Shown here one piece after another: positions 61,369 through 64,000 of a stretch of DNA of 64,000 bases (position 1 is the first letter of the stretch; each line of letters starts with the position of its first letter). Origin of the DNA: Gemmatimonadales bacterium (GTDB lineage: Bacteria > Gemmatimonadota > Gemmatimonadetes > Gemmatimonadales > GWC2-71-9); assembly GCA_037916975.1 (NCBI GenBank), contig JBAIWX010000007.1:41-64040 (forward strand), in the 5' to 3' direction. A model generated the notes under the pieces. It saw nothing but the letters and a program-made list of their open reading frames with translations, made no database searches and had not been told where the DNA came from. Position numbers and translations under genes: made by a program.

Positions 61369-61410
61369 CCTCCCGATGCGCGCGTGATCCGGCAGGACGG
61401 ATCCGCCGCG

Positions 61411-61425
61411 CGGCAGCCTTTGCCG
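61411..61425. promoter_or_regulatory. Palindrome, possible enhancer (UAS) for the sigma-54 activator
   Basis: CGGCA-GCCTT-TGCCG, located 125-139 bp upstream of the -24 element at 61550. Confidence 0.25.
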
Positions 61426-61548
61426 ACGCGCTCGGTCGGCCCTGCCGGATGACCCGCCGCGACGCTCGCGCGCCGCACCTCCGCCCGACACCCCCAAGCA
61501 CCCACCTCCCAACGAGTTAGCGAGCGCCGTCGCGCGGCCTCCGGCGCG

Positions 61549-61564
61549 CGGCACGGCCCATGCC
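61549..61564 (+). promoter_or_regulatory. Sigma-54 (-24/-12) promoter of flgBC-fliE
   Basis: C GGCACG GCCC ATGC C, against the consensus TGGCACG-N4-TTGC. GG at 61550-51 and GC at 61562-63. About 45 nt upstream of ATG 61608. Confidence 0.5.
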
Positions 61565-61607
61565 CATCAGCGCCGTCGAGTCCAGCCACACTCGTGGGGG
61601 TTCGACG

Positions 61608-61901
61608 ATGATCCGATCGCTCTTCGGCGCCGGCACCGCGGTGAATGCACTGCGCGGGGGCCTGGAGGAACAGATGGCCACCCAGCGCGGCATCGCCGCC
61701 CGGGTGCAGCGCGCCGTGCAGTCGAGCTCGGAGCGCGGCTTCGCCGGCGAGCTCCAGCAGGCGGGCAAGCGCCAGCAGGCCGAGGTGGACATCCAGGCGG
61801 AGATGGCATCGCTCGCGGACACGCAGATCCGCTACGAGGCGACGGCCAAGCTCCTCTCCGGCGCCTACCAGAAGCTCCGCACGGCGATCCGCAATGGCTG
61901 A
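61608..61901 (+). CDS. flgB: Flagellar proximal rod protein FlgB (short, divergent)
   Basis: 97 aa from ATG 61608 (MIRSLFG). C-terminal LADTQIRYEATAKLLSGAYQKLRTAIR is rod-protein-like. Position is directly before flgC. The N-terminal NIAN-type motif is not seen. Confidence 0.55.
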   Translation: MIRSLFGAGTAVNALRGGLEEQMATQRGIAARVQRAVQSSSERGFAGELQQAGKRQQAEVDIQAEMASLADTQIRYEATAKLLSGAYQKLRTAIRNG

Positions 61902-62304
61902 CCCGGTCCGGGGCTTCCCCGCGCTCCCGCGCCCCATCCGCTCGCTCATGCGGCCCCTGCAGGCGGCCGCGGCGGGGATGACGATCCAGCAGCGGTTCAT
62001 GGAGGCGATCTCGCGGAACATCGCGAACGCCGAGACGACGCGGACCGCCGAGGGCGGGCCGTACCGCCGCGAGGTCGTGACGACCGACGGCGCCACCACG
62101 CAGGTCCGGCAGGATGCGTCGGCCGGGCGGATGGTCTACGACCCGGGGCACCCCGACGCGAACGCGATGGGCTTCGTGCAGATGCCCAACGTGGACATCG
62201 CGCAGGAGACGGTGGACCTGGTGATCGCGCGGCGCATGCACGAGGCGAACGCGAGCGTCTTCCAGGCGGCGAAGGGCATGCTCCGCCGCGCGCTCGAGAT
62301 CTGA
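61894..62304 (+). CDS. flgC: Flagellar proximal rod protein FlgC
   Basis: 136 aa. SRNIANAETTRT..., YDPGHPDANAMGFVQMPNVD, EMVDL-type ETVDLVIARRMHEANASVFQAAK. Confidence 0.85.
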   Translation: MADPVRGFPALPRPIRSLMRPLQAAAAGMTIQQRFMEAISRNIANAETTRTAEGGPYRREVVTTDGATTQVRQDASAGRMVYDPGHPDANAMGFVQMPNVDIAQETVDLVIARRMHEANASVFQAAKGMLRRALEI

Positions 62305-62313
62305 CGGAGGATC

Positions 62314-62625
62314 GTGATGAGCATCTCGTCCGTGGGTGGCGGCCTCCCGGCCGCGTACCGCCTGCCCGGCACCGGTGCCGCCCCGCACGCGGCGGCGCCC
62401 GCCGCGCCGGCCCGTCCCGCCGCGCCGTTGCGCGCCCCCGAGGCGGCCGACGCGCCGCCGGCGGGGAGTGACCCCAAGCTCTGGAGCGTGCTCACGGCGG
62501 AGGAGCGCTCCTACTTCCGCCGCATGGCGGAACTCGGCGCGGTGACCTACGCCCCCGGCCAGCGGGCGGCCCAGCCCCCCGCCGCCGCGGCGCCGCTCGG
62601 CAACCGCGTGGACGTCCGGGCCTGA
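62314..62625 (+). CDS. Hypothetical Pro/Ala-rich protein inserted between flgC and fliE
   Basis: 103 aa. GGAGGA 5 nt upstream of the ATG, high third-position GC. The only ordered-looking segment is DPKLWSVLTAEERSYFRRMAELG. Confidence 0.5.
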   Translation: MMSISSVGGGLPAAYRLPGTGAAPHAAAPAAPARPAAPLRAPEAADAPPAGSDPKLWSVLTAEERSYFRRMAELGAVTYAPGQRAAQPPAAAAPLGNRVDVRA

Positions 62626-62628
62626 GCG

Positions 62629-62931
62629 ATGACGGCCCCGATCGGTCCCGGCGTCAGCGGCTTCTCGCTCGCCCCGATGGAGCGCCCGGACGGCCCCGCG
62701 CCGTCGGGGGGGCCGTCCTTCGCGGACGCGCTCAAGCGCGGCATCAGCGACGTGAGCAGCCTGCAGGACGAGTCGAAGGACATGATCGGCGCCTTCCTGC
62801 GCGGCGAGCCGGTGGAGCTCCACCAGGTGATGGCCGCGAGCGAGGAAGCCGGCATCGCGCTCGAGCTCCTCGTCGAGATGCGCAACAAGCTCACCGACGC
62901 CTACCGCGCGGTGATGAACACGCAGGTCTGA
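62629..62931 (+). CDS. fliE: Flagellar hook-basal body complex protein FliE
   Basis: 100 aa. SFADALKRGISDVSSLQDES...LHQVMAASEEAGIALELLVEMRNKLTDAYRAVMNTQV. Confidence 0.8.
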   Translation: MTAPIGPGVSGFSLAPMERPDGPAPSGGPSFADALKRGISDVSSLQDESKDMIGAFLRGEPVELHQVMAASEEAGIALELLVEMRNKLTDAYRAVMNTQV

Positions 62932-62944
62932 GCCCCGCGCCCCC

Positions 62945-64000
62945 GTGTCCGCTCCCCTCCCGCCCGTCCTGGCCGACGCCGTCCGCGGCATGACCGGCAC
63001 GCGCCGCTTCGTCGGCCTCGCCGTCCTCGCCGGCGCCCTCGCGCTCCTCTGGGTCGCGAGCCGCTGGGCGACGCGCCCGACCTACGTCACGCTCTACAAG
63101 GACCTCGAGCTGGGCGCCGCCGGCGAGGTCACCGCCGCGCTCCAGAAGGCGAACATCCCCTTCGAGCTCGCGAGCGGGGGCAGCGAGGTGCTGGTGCCGG
63201 TGTCGCAGCAGGCCCAGGCGCGCGTGCAGCTCGCGCAGCAGGGGCTCCCGACGAGCGGCACGCCGGGGTGGCGGCTCTTCGACGAGACGCCCCTTGGCGA
63301 GACCGAGGCGCGCGAGCGGGTGCGCTACCGGCGCGCGCTCGAGGGCGAGCTCTCGAAGCAGGTGAGCGAGATGCGCGGCGTCCAGAAGGCGGTCGTCCGC
63401 CTGACGCCGCCCGAGACGAGCCCGCTCCGGCGGCTCGAGCGGCCGGCGAAGGCGTCGGTGATGCTCCGCCTCCGTCCCGGCGCGGCGCTCGGCGCAGCGG
63501 ACGTGCAGGGGATCGCCTACCTCGTCGCCAACAGCGTCGAGCAGCTCACGGTCGAGAACGTCGCCATCATGGACGACGCCGGCCGCCTCCTCTCGACGCC
63601 GATGGAGCCCGGCAACGCCTTCGGCCTCTCCTCGCGCCAGCAGGACCTGCGCAAGGCGGTCGAGGGCGACCTCTCGGGCAAGGTGCAGGCGATGCTCGCC
63701 AGCCGCTTCACGCCGACCCAGGCGCGCGTGCAGGTGACCGCCGACCTCGACTTCGACCAGGTCGAGAAGACGATCGAGTCGTTCGACCCCGACCGGCAGG
63801 TGCTCCAGACGGAGCAGCGGGAGGAGGCGACGCCCGACCCCGAGTCCGGCGGCAACCGGACGGTGATCCGCAACGACTACCAGAACAGCCGGGAGACGCA
63901 GCGCGTGATCGGCGCGGTGGGCGCGATCCGCCGCCTCAACGTCGCGGTGCTGCTCGACGCGAACGCGCTCCCCGCCGACACCGCGCAGGGCGGGCGGGCG
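62945..64000 (+). CDS. fliF: Flagellar M-ring protein FliF (N-terminal 352 aa; continues beyond the window)
   Basis: My own translation from GTG 62945: ...RRFVGLAVLAGALALLWVA...YVTLYKDLELGAAGEVTAALQKANIPFEL...VLVP...ARVQLAQQGLP...VVRLTPPE...IAYLVANSVEQLTVENVAIMDDAGRLLS. No stop before 64000, so it is absent from the ORF track. Confidence 0.85.
   Translation, partial: MSAPLPPVLADAVRGMTGTRRFVGLAVLAGALALLWVASRWATRPTYVTLYKDLELGAAGEVTAALQKANIPFELASGGSEVLVPVSQQAQARVQLAQQGLPTSGTPGWRLFDETPLGETEARERVRYRRALEGELSKQVSEMRGVQKAVVRLTPPETSPLRRLERPAKASVMLRLRPGAALGAADVQGIAYLVANSVEQLTVENVAIMDDAGRLLSTPMEPGNAFGLSSRQQDLRKAVEGDLSGKVQAMLASRFTPTQARVQVTADLDFDQVEKTIESFDPDRQVLQTEQREEATPDPESGGNRTVIRNDYQNSRETQRVIGAVGAIRRLNVAVLLDANALPADTAQGGRA

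Noticed and set aside
61411-61425. CGGCAGCCTTTGCCG read as a sigma-54 promoter
   Set aside because: GG-to-GC spacing is 8 nt, not 10. It is kept only as a palindromic UAS candidate.
61560-61607. ATG 61560 as the flgB start
   Set aside because: The codon lies inside the sigma-54 -12 element and the added 16 aa carry no rod motif. ATG 61608 is preferred.
1-64000. Search by eye for CRISPR arrays, IS elements or transposases, integrases, tRNA/rRNA genes, toxin-antitoxin pairs or known phage-defence genes
   Set aside because: I saw no regularly spaced repeats, no DDE or tyrosine-recombinase-like ORFs, no cloverleaf-sized conserved AT-richer islands and no nuclease/ATPase pairs outside the ligase-associated repair set. 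Intergenic spaces are mostly under 160 nt. tRNAscan, Infernal and defence-finder runs would be needed to be certain.

Overview
Very GC-rich (by eye about 70%, not computed), gene-dense chromosomal segment with about 70 protein-coding genes. I recognised no rRNA, tRNA, CRISPR array, transposase or integrase. Signal peptides ending A-Q-Q or A-Q-D, a PEP-CTERM protein and the general gene content suggest a diderm soil or sediment bacterium, possibly Gemmatimonadota (weak inference). The ORF track is dominated by long Arg/Pro/Ala/Gly-rich off-frame or antisense ORFs typical of high-GC DNA. I chose frames by amino-acid composition, recognisable motifs and start-site context, and re-assigned many starts by counting residues within the track ORFs. 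Layout: (i) 1-11.9 kb holds mixed housekeeping and accessory genes: GT4, a C26 amidotransferase, a DUF1028 protein, a POT peptide permease, a GNAT, a Rieske oxygenase, DinB, and cydAB with a CRP/FNR-type palindrome. (ii) 12.0-19.7 kb holds the four-gene ligase-associated DNA damage response set (exonuclease, ATP-dependent ligase, DEXH helicase, PdeM), physically split by a PEP-CTERM protein plus membrane protein cassette. (iii) 19.7-25.4 kb holds envelope and membrane proteins. (iv) 25.7-32.9 kb holds a five-gene, translationally coupled operon: a His-rich membrane protein, a membrane-anchored FeS/FAD oxidoreductase, a 23-heme and a 16-heme c-type cytochrome, and an outer-membrane beta-barrel. 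I consider this the best candidate for an undescribed system, a trans-envelope electron conduit. (v) 33-38 kb holds uppS, a metallophosphoesterase, CsaA-like and PhzF-like genes. (vi) 38.2-64 kb is a flagellar region: a degenerate hybrid kinase, a CheZ-like protein, flgM, fliS, fliD, fliC, fliW, flgL, a sigma-54 activator, flgB, flgC, fliE and fliF. A 13.5-kb, 11-gene sugar-biosynthesis island sits between fliW and fliC, combining pseudaminic-acid-type genes with ThDP, SDR, C-methyltransferase, ATP-grasp and GH57-like genes. Several sigma-28-type promoters and one sigma-54-type promoter are readable directly in the sequence.
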